Below, piece by piece: positions 45,913 through 56,075 of a stretch of DNA of 64,000 nucleotides. The position numbers and the translations under genes were made by a program. Location: assembly GCA_963817895.1 (NCBI GenBank), contig CAWFQB010000006.1:320001-384000 (forward strand). Direction: 5' to 3'. The DNA comes from an uncultured Chthonomonadaceae bacterium. Its GTDB lineage: Bacteria; Armatimonadota; Chthonomonadetes; Chthonomonadales; Chthonomonadaceae. Each line of letters starts with the position of its first letter. The stretch's first letter is position 1. The notes beneath the pieces are model-generated. The model was not told the DNA's origin. It made no database searches and saw only the letters and a program-made list of their open reading frames with translations.

Positions 45913-46701
45913 GTGAAGCAAAATCTAGGAAGGATTGGCGTGGTTATCGCGTTGTCTTGTGGGTTGGCAACCGCGCATGGGTTGGGAAAGCAGGAGGCGC
46001 AGGTTCCGGTGGGCGAGGGGACTCTGATATTGCCCCCTGCCGTCCATGATGTCGCCGTGCTGTTTTCCGGCAAGCCCGAAGAGATTGCTGCCAACTGGAT
46101 ACAGGACAAACAGCCCGGACACTGGAAGGTGGAAGACGGGGCAATGGTCGCGAGTGGCAGCACTCTGAGTACCAAAGCGACATTTACGGATTTCCAACTG
46201 CACATTGAGTTCAAAGTGCCGAACAAGCCGAACGCGAAGGGGCAGGCGAAGGGCAACAGCGGCGTGTTTTTGCAGGGACGCTACGAGGTGCAGGTGCTGG
46301 ACTCGTATGGCATTGCCGATCCCGGCACGGGCAATTGCGGCGCGATTTATACCATCGCTTCGCCCCTCGTCAACGCCTGCAAGCCGCCCGAAACATGGCA
46401 GACGTATGACATTACGTTTCGCGCCCCCCGCTTCGATACGGCAACCCATGACATGAAAGAACCGGCCCGCGCTACCGTGCTGCTGAACGGCATTACGGTG
46501 CAGAACGCGACCGAAATCACGCGCAAAACACATCGAGAAGCCGCGAAAAAGGGCGCGAACGGCGAACTGATACCACCCAAACCCGACACGGAAGACCTGA
46601 GTACGCCCGGTCCCATCTCCTTGCAGTACCATCAAAATGCCGTCGCGTACCGCAATATCTGGATTCGCCCCCTCAAAGACAAAGGCGCAACGCACTATTG
46701 A
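45913..46701 (+). CDS. DUF1080 (3-keto-disaccharide hydrolase) family protein
   Basis: WKVEDG, FTDFQLHIEF, GNSGVFLQGRYEVQVLDS, WQTYDITF, GPISLQYH, YRNIWI. Confidence 0.9.
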   Translation: MKQNLGRIGVVIALSCGLATAHGLGKQEAQVPVGEGTLILPPAVHDVAVLFSGKPEEIAANWIQDKQPGHWKVEDGAMVASGSTLSTKATFTDFQLHIEFKVPNKPNAKGQAKGNSGVFLQGRYEVQVLDSYGIADPGTGNCGAIYTIASPLVNACKPPETWQTYDITFRAPRFDTATHDMKEPARATVLLNGITVQNATEITRKTHREAAKKGANGELIPPKPDTEDLSTPGPISLQYHQNAVAYRNIWIRPLKDKGATHY

Positions 46702-46901
46702 TACTTTAATGACCGATGTGCAGGAACAAGCCGTCACTATTGCCGTTCGCGCAATTAAATCTGTATGAGCCTTGTAATTGCCAACGGGATTTGCTATAAT
46801 TGCCGCAGAATGGTATGGCGCAATCCTCCCCTGCGCCCCGCCGAATGTTCTCCTTTCGGACGCCTCCCCGTCGTCTGCTTTCTGTTTTGGAGGTCTGACT
46901 C

Positions 46902-48482
46902 ATGGTTCTCAAACGCCTTTCACTTCTGACGCCGTTCGCGCTTGCTTCTCTGTCGTTATGGGGATGCGGCGGCGGCTCATCCTCATCCACCGGCGCGAGC
47001 GGCACATCCCTGACACGCGCCAATACACAACTCAATCAAATCACGTCAGGACAGCAGCCGACCAACGACACGACGCTGAATTCTACCCTTGCTCTGTTTA
47101 CGTCCGCCCTGAAACAAGACCCCACTAATCCCGGCGCGCTGTTCGGGCAGGCGGTGTGTCAAACCGGGATCACTGCCGGAACCTTGACGGATCGACCTAC
47201 CATTCAGGTGGGAGTCGTTGTACCGACGCCCGTCAGCGCTGATGCAAACGGCACGGCGGATTCGACCGGGCAATCGCTGCCGCCCGCGCCGCCGAACGGG
47301 GCTTCCGGTGCGCGGCCTGTACCACCCTCCTCACAGCTTGGCCTGCTGTGGCATCTGCAAGATGGCGTCAGCAATCCCTACACGCTTTTGACTGCGCTTG
47401 CGCCTATAGCCAATCTGCGCTACGGCCTGATTCCCTTCAACGGCTACGCGGGGGATGATGTGGCAACCCGGCAGCAGGAGTTAGCGACACTGGATACGGT
47501 TGCGCAGAAGTTGCAGACGCTCGAAAGTAATCCCAATTTCGCCACTACACTGACCCTGCCCGCTTCGCAGGGCGGCGTTGTGAACATTGGCCTGCCGGAA
47601 GTGTATCTATTCGAGGCGTATGTACAATCGCTGCGCGTTCAACTCTCGCTTTCCCTCGCATACAATCGCGACCCCGGCGTGAACAATCCCCTTCCCGGCC
47701 CGCCTCTGGCAGCAAACAGCGCGCAAAATGTGATTACCGTTGCAGGCGCCGGCGCAACCGGAACGATTGGAAGCCTTCCCTATGGGCCGCAACCGATTGG
47801 AAGTTCCTTTGCCGGCTTGGACAAAAACGGCGATGGCAAAATATCCCCGGATGAGTATCTGCCGGCAAGCCCCTATCTTACTCTGCGAGATGCGAGTTTG
47901 CTCCAGAAAGCGCAACAGGCGCTGCAAGCGGTTGCAGATCGGGAAACAAAGGGGATTCAGGGCGTGTTTGCCCGTCCCGCCGATGGCAGCGGCAGATTCC
48001 TGATTCCCAACAACAGCAACATTCATACCACCCTGGACAACGCGCTGAACAATGTCGTGCCACTGGTGCAGCAGGCGGCAAATGGCCCCGTAACGCTCTC
48101 CGTTCCCGATTATGCGCCGCCGGTGGGCGGCTATCTTCTCGGCAACGCTGGTGTCATTCCCGGCAATAATCCCGGTTCGCCTGGCAAAAGCGCCGCCAAA
48201 ACCGGCAGCGCGAAGACGCGGCGCGTGTTTCTGCTTGGCAGTGTGAGCATCGGTTCCGATGGCACGCTCGGTACGCCTGTTGCGCCTCCGCAGCCTACAT
48301 TCGTGAGCGTGACCTTCAATCTGGCCGCGTGGTTCGCCAATCCGCCTGCCGATTTGAAGGCGTTCGCCCCAACGTATACGCTCGACAGCAACAAAGTGCC
48401 CGATTTAAGCAAGACCACGTATCCTGACCCCACTTTTGGCGGGCTGTTTCCCAACGGTCTGCCCGCCACCCTGATGCTGTAA
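46902..48482 (+). CDS. Putative lipoprotein with an EF-hand-like motif
   Basis: Lipobox-like LWGC followed by GGGSSS; DKNGDGKISPDE; C-terminal YPDPTFGGLFPNG. Confidence 0.75.
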   Translation: MVLKRLSLLTPFALASLSLWGCGGGSSSSTGASGTSLTRANTQLNQITSGQQPTNDTTLNSTLALFTSALKQDPTNPGALFGQAVCQTGITAGTLTDRPTIQVGVVVPTPVSADANGTADSTGQSLPPAPPNGASGARPVPPSSQLGLLWHLQDGVSNPYTLLTALAPIANLRYGLIPFNGYAGDDVATRQQELATLDTVAQKLQTLESNPNFATTLTLPASQGGVVNIGLPEVYLFEAYVQSLRVQLSLSLAYNRDPGVNNPLPGPPLAANSAQNVITVAGAGATGTIGSLPYGPQPIGSSFAGLDKNGDGKISPDEYLPASPYLTLRDASLLQKAQQALQAVADRETKGIQGVFARPADGSGRFLIPNNSNIHTTLDNALNNVVPLVQQAANGPVTLSVPDYAPPVGGYLLGNAGVIPGNNPGSPGKSAAKTGSAKTRRVFLLGSVSIGSDGTLGTPVAPPQPTFVSVTFNLAAWFANPPADLKAFAPTYTLDSNKVPDLSKTTYPDPTFGGLFPNGLPATLML

Positions 48483-48652
48483 ACAGGCTGCGCCATAACG
48501 GATACGCGCAGAAATAATAGGCTAAAATCGGGCCGCGCTTGTAACATCGCCTTCTGCGCGTTACGAGCGCGGCTCGATTTAGCGTATGGACAACCCATTT
48601 CGATACAGTGGGAAACCATGCGGGCAAAACAGGAAAAGGCGGAGCAACGACA

Positions 48653-51600
48653 ATGGCGTTTATCATACGGGATTTCGATTGGGAGGATGAGGAGCAGGCG
48701 GCGAAAGCGGCGACGATGTTCAACGATTGGGACAGCGTCTGGCCGGGAGGGTTTACGCGGGGCGTGCCTTCTACCGCCGCTAAAGTGCAGGAGGAGCATC
48801 GCCGCGCTTCCCATCTGGCCGTGCTTGTCGTGGAGCATGAGGGCGAGTTTGTCGGCTACTGCAATCTGGAAGCCGCGCCGGGGCAGAAAGACGTTTCGTA
48901 TATCGGCTTGCTCGGCGCGAACGAAAAGGTACATGGCAAGGGCGTCGGCAAGATGCTGCTGCGCGAGATGATACGCCGCGTCACCGAATTTGGTTATAAA
49001 CAGGTGACGTTGGGAACGTGGGCAGGCAATACCAAAGCGGTTCCCCTGTACAAGAAGACCGGCTTCAATTGGATTCCCGAAACCGATGTGTTCATGCGCA
49101 ACTTCATTCCCGGCCTGCTGGCTATGCCGCTTGTGCAAACGTTTTTGGATGGCAGGGATTGGTACGACTGTCTGGAGCGCGACTTGACCGTTGCGCCGGA
49201 TGATGTGACATGGAACGGCATGAAGGTGTACCCCTATCGGTTCCGCAACGGCGAACGCACTCCTGGAACTCTGGTTCGACCGGGCAGGGGAGGGATTGAC
49301 CGCGCTGGAAACGCCCGAAGTCGCGCTGGCCTGCCTGTTCCCGTTCGAGGACGCGCCGGGAGGACAGGCGTATCCGGTTATATGGGAAGCAAGAGCCAAA
49401 AACGGCGCGAGTTTGGACGCTGTATTGATGGCCGAGGGGGAAACCGGACTGGCATTGAGCGTTCAGGAGCGATTCAGCGGGACGGATACAATGCGAATTG
49501 AACGCGAACTTGCGCTCGGACAGCAGCCTTGCGCCGAAAAAGGGCGACGTGTCCACATACGCCATTAAAACGACGTTTCTGCTGCATGGACAGCCGCTTG
49601 TTTTTTCCACGGGCGTTCATGTGGTTCGGCCTGTGGAGATTGGCTATACGGGACAGCGGCTGTTGCCCGGACGCGAGGAGCAGATACGAGTCAGTCTGCG
49701 CAACCGGCTGGATCGCGATCTGGAAGGAACGCTGACGCTTGCGGCGCATCCCGATTTGCAATGCGCCGCGCCCTCGCAGCCGCTGCTTCTGCCCGCGAAA
49801 TCGTGGACGGAGTGTGTTTTTGCCGTCACCGCCAACACGCCGGGAGTGAAACAAACGCGCCTGATTTGCGAGGCGGAAGAGGTTCGACTGGAACATCCGC
49901 TCACATTCCGCGCCCTGCCTGACAATGGCGTGCTTGGCAGCGTGGATGCGCCCAACGAATACGCGGTACTGGAATCGCGGGAACTGCACATTGGCGTAAA
50001 TATGCGCGGCGGGGGCATGAGCGTCAGCCACGCGCCTAATATGCAAGGATTGCTGCACCTGTCTATGCCCACTGTGGGGCCGCCATTTACGCATGGCTGG
50101 CTGCGCAAGCGACTGGTGGAGTGTCGCGTGGAAAGCGCATCGGGCGGCGACAGCCTGATTGTGACGGAAGCCGTTCAATCCCTGCCGAATTTACAGGTGG
50201 AGCGGCGCATTACATTGTTGGGCAATGTGGCCCGTCTGGATTGCATCGTGAGGAATAGCGGCAGTGTTGCCGTTCCGGTCAAAGTTCGTATCCGTTCCTC
50301 ATCATGGTTAAAAGAATTCATCACGGCTCCGCTGGTATCGGGGCTGATACGCGAACCCATGCAAACCCTGAGCGAGTACCCGATGGACGAACACGACATA
50401 CTGGCGCAGGGAGCAACCCTTGCCGAAAACTGGATCGCGTGTGAAGGGGAAGGCATGGTATCGGGGCTTGTCTTCGAGGGCAGTCCTGAACAGGATATGG
50501 AGTGGACGGAACTGGTTCAGCCCACGTACGATCTGGGCGAAATTCCTCGCGTATGGCGATGAAGACCCTGCCCACGATGTATGCGGTTGGAGGCGCGGGA
50601 ACATGGAAAACCGTGCGCGATGCGTGGAAAATGCTGGTGCAGCCGTCCGGCGTGATAGAAACGGAAGCGCCACAACCCGAACGTGTCTTGCAGGTGAAAA
50701 TTACGCCTGATTTGCTCACGGAAATAGAGCAAACAGTGAATGTAACCGTGACCAACAATCGCGAAGCCGGTTTGAGCGGAACCTTGCGATTGACGGGTAC
50801 GGTTCATTGCGAACCTGAAGAAATCGCGCTGAACGATGTAAACCGGGATCGGCCTATGGTGGCTTCCGTTAAAGTTGGTTTGTCGAACATACCGGGGGCG
50901 CGGCTGATAACGGCGCAGATTGACGCGGTTCCCGTGCCGCAAACGCGCGTGATTGGCGTGGCGAACCTGGGACGGGGCAGTCTGGTTCGCGTGTCGCAGC
51001 CGGATGCCGCGCATATTGACGTACATAACGGGCATCTGAGTTTTCGGGTCGCGCCCGCGTATGCGGGCGCAATAGTCAGCCTGGAACGGTTGGGCGTCAA
51101 CCATTTACGCTCGTCTTACCCCACTCCCCAACCCCTCCTGTGGGTGAATCCCTGGTATGGCGGCCTGCATCCGTATATCGGCTGGATAGGCTACCCGCGT
51201 TTGACGCGTGAAACATTCACGGGCGAACCCATAGCGCGAACGGGAGAAACGGGACTGGCGTGGCAGGGAGCGCGAGTGGTCTGCGAACCCAAACACAAAG
51301 ACCTGACATGGCTGCGCGTGGAAGCCGAGTACCTGACATGCGGCGGCAGCAATGTGGTCGCCCTTGTCACGCGCTGGACAAACAAGACCACTGCAACGAT
51401 GCAGGTTCCGGGTAACGGCGGCATCGGGGCGTGGCTGCAAGTGGGCGGCACACATGAAAACGCCGTCGTACACGCGGACATCAGCGGCGAACGGCAGATA
51501 CGGCGGCGCGGCGGCTTCGGCTTGAATACCTATCAGGGCGCGTGGAAAGCGGTGGAAAACGGCCAATCCGGGCAAACGCTTCTCATGGTAACGACCGGGA

Positions 51601-51779
51601 ACAGCAAAGCGGCAGTACACGATTTCGCAGGCGAGGGGGCGCACCTGAGCGCGGAATTCGCCCTGACCCTACAGCCCAACGAAACGCGGGAGCATCTGGC
51701 ATGGCTCGTCCTGATGCAGAATACATACGAATTGGATGCGTATGTTGCCGCCTTATCTCTGCACAAGAGGCTGCCGTAG
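48653..51779 (+). CDS. Large GNAT-family N-acetyltransferase with a beta-rich C-terminal extension; frameshifts near 49260, 49490 and 50530
   Basis: HGKGVGKMLL acetyl-CoA motif, TWAGNTKAVPLYKKTGF; downstream ORFs continue in shifted frames. Confidence 0.8.
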
Positions 51780-51837
51780 GGTGTTGGCGCTGTTTATTCC
51801 TTAACGGAACCCCCTGTCCTCGCTTCAAAACATCACA

Positions 51838-52027
51838 GTAGGGGCGCTGCTTGCTGCGCCCTCTATCACTCTTCCGTTGCGCTTTGCTGCGCCCTCTATC
51901 ACTCTTCCGTTGCGGTTTGCTGCACCGTGTGACATTCTACTGTTGCTGCTTGCTGCGCCCTCTATCACTCTTCCGTTGCGGCTTGTTACGCTCGTTGGCA
52001 GCAGGGCGCAGCAAGCAGCGCCCCTAC
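51838..52027. repeat. GTAG-type REPIN with three internal copies of GCTGCGCCCTCTATCACTCTTCCGTTGCG
   Basis: GTAGGGGCGCTGCTTGCTGCGCCCT ... AGGGCGCAGCAAGCAGCGCCCCTAC. Confidence 0.85.
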
Positions 52028-52032
52028 TCTGA

Positions 52033-52692
52033 TTACGTGACTTCGACGATGCCAAGCGGTATCATCGTTGTCATTTGCCCGGTGTTGCTGTTGACGAAGC
52101 GGCAGGCGCAGGCGTACCAGCCGGGGGCAGTGGGCAGGGCATGGGTGAGGAGAGTGGACGTGAACGCGACGAACGCGGCGGATTTATAAAAAGGGACGGG
52201 CGAACGGCGGGGCGTTTTTAGTTTCTGGACGAGCAGTTCTACGCGGGTATCAGGCGAATTGGCCGCGCTTGCCGTAAAGAGGAGTTGGCCGGTTTCGCCG
52301 GTTAAAATGAGGGTTACGAGATCGCCAAAGTAGGGGGATATGGGCGGCGCGGGGGGTACGGTTCCGGTCGGATTGATCTGTAAGAACTTGGACGCGAGGC
52401 CGACAAAGACGTTCTGCCCGGTGGGATGATAGGGCGCGTTGTCCGGGTCCCCGGAGCGCGTGAGCGTACTGGCATAGGCGTTCCACTGCATCGCCTGTTC
52501 GCGTGTCAGCGTGTTGTATGAAGCCATAACCTGCGCCATGCGGTTCTGAATCGTCTGCTGAATGGGCTGCGTGGGGCGTTTGTAGGTGGGACGCCCGCGC
52601 AGCACAAGGCCGTTCCGCCCTTCAACCGCAACCTCATTGCCAATTTTACCCCGTACCTGCGTTAGTAAGGGGCCGGGTGTCGCTTTTGCCAT
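52033..52692 (-). CDS. Hypothetical protein, paralog A (basic N-terminus RGKIGN, Ig-like C-terminus)
   Basis: GGAG RBS; shares VFVGLA.KFLQINPTGTVP and RFVN..TGQ with 61347..62009. Confidence 0.8.
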   Translation of the reverse strand: MAKATPGPLLTQVRGKIGNEVAVEGRNGLVLRGRPTYKRPTQPIQQTIQNRMAQVMASYNTLTREQAMQWNAYASTLTRSGDPDNAPYHPTGQNVFVGLASKFLQINPTGTVPPAPPISPYFGDLVTLILTGETGQLLFTASAANSPDTRVELLVQKLKTPRRSPVPFYKSAAFVAFTSTLLTHALPTAPGWYACACRFVNSNTGQMTTMIPLGIVEVT

Positions 52693-52782
52693 GTCGTAAT
52701 TCTCCGGTAAATGTCAGGCTGAAAGGCTGTGTTACGGGGAATTATGGCGAAATGCGCGGGCGACTTTAGGATTGAAAACCGG

Positions 52783-52892
52783 TTTCACTCCGATTAACCG
52801 CCCACTCAACGCCGTATCAACTCCCTATTAAACGTGTGTTAAACAGGGAGTTCACAGGGAAATGAATGGGTGGTGAATGGGTGTGACGGGAG
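52783..52892. repeat. Long imperfect palindrome with ~11-bp internal periodicity
   Basis: Centre AACTCCCT-ATTAAAC-GTGT-GTTAAAC-AGGGAGTT; GGG tracts end at 52848, 52859, 52870 and 52881. Confidence 0.6.
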
Positions 52893-52901
52893 GTTCGGGA
52901 T

Positions 52902-53603
52902 TTAGCGCGGGGAGCGACGACGTAGCCGCCGCGTCAGGAAACCGGCTGCCGTCAGGCCGCCCGCGAACACAAGCGCCACGCTGCCGGGTTCGGGCACGGC
53001 AGCCACGTTGAGGCGCACCGTGTTGATGGCGATGTTACCGAGAGATCCGGGCGGATTGACGAGGCCGAAGGTAATGCTGGCAATGTTGGGCGTAGTGTCC
53101 AGAATGCCGATGAAGATGGCCGAACCGTCGTTGTTGTTGTTGGATACACCATTTTCCGTCACAACGCCCAGGCTGTTGCCATTCGCGTCAAAGGCTTCTA
53201 AGGAGGCCGTGAAAGCGCCTAACCTATCTTGCTGAATGTTTGCGCCCGCGCCCATAAGCGGCGCAGTAAACGTCAGGGTGATCGGGAAGTAGTTGAGCCG
53301 ATTGGTGGAAACCACATGGTCACCGGGCGTGAAGTTACCGCGAAAACCGCTGCCCTGATCCACACGGATGAATCCGGTTGAATCGGTTGTGCTGAGGGAA
53401 GCGGACAGGCCGTTGGTCGAAGTGACGGCGGCGGGGGTGGGAAAGGCTGTGCCATCGGGGCCAAGCTGTCCGAAGTCAATGGTGTCGTTGACGCCGAGGG
53501 CGGCGGGCGCGGTGACAAGAACCTGCGCGCGAACGGGCGTGGCAAGCGCGAGGGCGGCCAGGCCGAGCAGACCGGGCAGAAGCAAAGCAGAGTGGCGGTT
53601 CAT
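52902..53603 (-). CDS. PEP-CTERM sorting domain protein 5
   Basis: Signal peptide VRA-Q, C-terminal AVPEPGSVAL + TM + RRLRRR. Confidence 0.92.
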   Translation of the reverse strand: MNRHSALLLPGLLGLAALALATPVRAQVLVTAPAALGVNDTIDFGQLGPDGTAFPTPAAVTSTNGLSASLSTTDSTGFIRVDQGSGFRGNFTPGDHVVSTNRLNYFPITLTFTAPLMGAGANIQQDRLGAFTASLEAFDANGNSLGVVTENGVSNNNNDGSAIFIGILDTTPNIASITFGLVNPPGSLGNIAINTVRLNVAAVPEPGSVALVFAGGLTAAGFLTRRLRRRSPR

Positions 53604-53733
53604 AAGAGCAAACATTCCTTTCATCAGGAGAATCGCACGGGAAGGGAAACGCTCTTGCGGCGCGTTCGCCACAAGGGACGCATCGGCGCAGCCGCAGGCG
53701 TTTGGGGCGGGCGAAGGCTTCTACGTATTACTA

Positions 53734-53750
53734 TTGCAAGAATCGTGCCA
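53734..53750 (-). promoter_or_regulatory. sigma54 promoter of PEP-CTERM gene 5
   Basis: Minus strand TGGCACGATTCTTGCAA, consensus -24/-12. Confidence 0.8.
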
Positions 53751-53821
53751 AATCATGCGAAAGGGAGGCGAACGGAGCAAAAACGCGCAAAAGCCTGTCT
53801 TTTTGCGAGGTGGGAGCCTGG

Positions 53822-54013
53822 ACCCTCATCCGTCGGGGGCCACGCTTCTCCCTTTCAGGGCGAAGGCAAGTATGGTAGTTGAGTGCGTAGATAAGGAGGT
53901 ACGGAGTGAACATAGAAAAAGCGCGCGTCATTCCAGGCTTTCATCAACGCGCCCGATGAGCAATTTAGCCTTCGCCCTTGCAGGGAGAAGGTGGCCGGAG
54001 GCCGGATGAGGGT
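53822..54013. repeat. 192-bp REPIN-like element, copy 1 (diverged)
   Basis: ACCCTCATCCG... left arm and ...GGGAGAAGGTGGCCGGAGGCCGGATGAGGGT right arm. Confidence 0.8.
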
Positions 54014-54018
54014 AGAGC

Positions 54019-54714
54019 CTACCGTTTTGCCCGCAGCAGCGTCTCAATGTCGGAACGGCGGTACCATTGCGCAAGTATGAGGGGAGTCCTGTCATACTGA
54101 TTACGCGCATACGGGTCGGCTCCATACGCCAAGAGCAGACGTACAATTTCTCTATCGGAGCCAATCCTGGCGGCGTAATGCAAGGCTGTACTTCCTTCTC
54201 TATCCGTCGGCGTTACGCTTGCGCCATGCTCCAGAAGAAAGCGCGTGGTATGCGGATGCTTGTTGAGGATGGCATAGAACAGAGCCGTATATTTGTCTTC
54301 GCTTATTGCTTCTATATCCGCGCCATGGGCAATCATCGCCTGCACGAGCGGCACATCGTCCGGGGACAGAGAAAGCGTTAGGTGCTGTGTTAGTTCCTGG
54401 AAACTCACACCTCCGCAGGCAAGTTGAAGCGCGGTAGGACTGTCATTAGCAACAGGTCGCGAGCGGCGCAGGAGTTGGCGGAACAGTTGCGGGAGAGTGG
54501 GAGGCGGCGACGCTTCCCGACGAGTGTTCGGGTCGGCTCCAGCATTGACGAGTGCGAGCGCGGCTTTGCTGTCGTGGTGGGCAAGGGCGGCAATCAGTTG
54601 CCGATTAAGCGCGTACTGCCGTTTCGCCTGCCACACCCAAACGCCGCTCGCGCCGACAACCGCCAGAACGAGTATCAACAACAGCAGTAACGAACGTCGC
54701 GCTTTCTTCATCAT
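54019..54714 (-). CDS. Membrane-anchored ankyrin-repeat protein 1
   Basis: N-terminal TM helix, GADPN, TALFYA, TALHYAA, TPL ankyrin motifs. Confidence 0.9.
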   Translation of the reverse strand: MMKKARRSLLLLLILVLAVVGASGVWVWQAKRQYALNRQLIAALAHHDSKAALALVNAGADPNTRREASPPPTLPQLFRQLLRRSRPVANDSPTALQLACGGVSFQELTQHLTLSLSPDDVPLVQAMIAHGADIEAISEDKYTALFYAILNKHPHTTRFLLEHGASVTPTDREGSTALHYAARIGSDREIVRLLLAYGADPYARNQYDRTPLILAQWYRRSDIETLLRAKR

Positions 54715-54767
54715 CGGTTCCTCCACACGTATTGTACCCGCAGTTTCATGTGGAAACCGGGGATTGG

Positions 54768-54959
54768 ACCCTCATCCGGCCTCCGGCCACCTTCTCCCTG
54801 CAAGGGAGAAGGCGAATGTGGCAGTCTGGCGCGAGGAATAGGGGATTGCTTTGTGCGCAGCACCGCCGTACTTACAGCCCAAGTCTCCGTCCAACCGGGC
54901 ATTGAACAATTTCGCCTTCGCCCTTGCAGGGAGAAGGTGGCCGGAGGCCGGATGAGGGT
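54768..54959. repeat. 192-bp REPIN-like element, copy 2
   Basis: ACCCTCATCCGGCCTCCGGCCACCTTCTCCCTGCAAGGG arms in inverted orientation. Confidence 0.9.
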
Positions 54960-54964
54960 AGAGT

Positions 54965-55756
54965 CTACCGTTTCCCCCGCAGCAGGCGCACAAGGTCGGA
55001 ACGCTGTTCCTTTTGCGCAAGTGTGAGAGGGCTTTCACCATCCTTGTTACGCGCATTGGGGTCGGCTCCATGCGCCAGAAGCATACCGATAATACGAGGA
55101 TCGGCGTCATCAGCTATCGCGCAATACAAGGCTGTGTTTCCTGGCCCATCCGCCATATCAACATTTGCGCCATGCTCCAGAAGGCAATGCATGGTGTCCA
55201 CATCACAGCCCGCAACAGCAAACATCAGCGGCGTTTCGCCGTATGGTTCAGGCGCATTGACGTTCGCGCCAGACGCCAGCAGTAATTGCGCGATATGTGG
55301 ATGCTTCCACCGAACGGCATAGAACAGTGCCGTTCGTCCGTCCTCATCTGTTGCCTGAACATCCCCGCCATGAACCAGCATCGCCTGCACAAATGTCGCA
55401 TCGTCCGGGGAATGGTAATCCGTTATGTCCTCTGGCGTCCACTCCGTAGGTACGCCTCCGCAGGCGATGTGAAACGCAGTGGTACTGTCATTGACAACGG
55501 GCGGCGAGCGGCGCAGGAGTTGGCACAACAGTTGCGGGAGGGTGGGAGGAGGCGAGGCTTCCTGACGAGTGTTCGGGTCGGCTCCGGCATTGACGAGAGC
55601 TAGCGCGGCCTTGTTGTCGTGGCGGACAAGGGCATCAATGAACTGTCGGTTGCGGGTGTATTGTCGTTTCGCCTGCCATATGCACAACCCTCCCGCGCCG
55701 ACAACGGCCAGCACGATTACCAACAACAGCAGTAACGAACGTCGCGCTTTCTTCAT
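54965..55756 (-). CDS. Membrane-anchored ankyrin-repeat protein 2 (paralog of protein 1, one more repeat)
   Basis: True start MKKARRSLLLLL at 55756 after a GAGG RBS; TALFYA, ETPLMFA, TALYCA, SPL motifs. Confidence 0.9.
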   Translation of the reverse strand: MKKARRSLLLLLVIVLAVVGAGGLCIWQAKRQYTRNRQFIDALVRHDNKAALALVNAGADPNTRQEASPPPTLPQLLCQLLRRSPPVVNDSTTAFHIACGGVPTEWTPEDITDYHSPDDATFVQAMLVHGGDVQATDEDGRTALFYAVRWKHPHIAQLLLASGANVNAPEPYGETPLMFAVAGCDVDTMHCLLEHGANVDMADGPGNTALYCAIADDADPRIIGMLLAHGADPNARNKDGESPLTLAQKEQRSDLVRLLRGKR

Positions 55757-55801
55757 TGTCGGTTCCTCTCCACGTATTGTACCTGCGAACCAGGAGTTTC
55801 T

Positions 55802-55993
55802 ACCCTCATCCGGCCTCCGGCCACCTTCTCCCTGCAAGGGAGAAGGCGAATGTGGCAGTCTGGCGCGAGGAATAGGGGATTGCTTTGTGCGCAGCACTGC
55901 GGTATTTACCGCCCAAGTCTCCGTCCAACCGGGCATTGAACAATTTCGCCTTCGCCCTTGCAGGGAGAAGGTGGCCGGAGGCCGGATGAGGGT
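55802..55993. repeat. 192-bp REPIN-like element, copy 3 (near-identical to copy 2)
   Basis: Direct comparison with 54768-54959 shows only a few substitutions in the spacer. Confidence 0.9.
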
Positions 55994-56075
55994 CCAATCT
56001 TTCGTCCGCACCCTCCCGCAACCGTCACAATGCACACAAGGGAAAAAGAGAACAGAACGGGTGTGCCATAAGAAC

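Noticed and set aside
51838..52027. Possible mini-CRISPR (29-bp repeat three times)
   Set aside because: Spacers are 3 and ~35 nt, and the repeats lie within a GTAG REP doublet.
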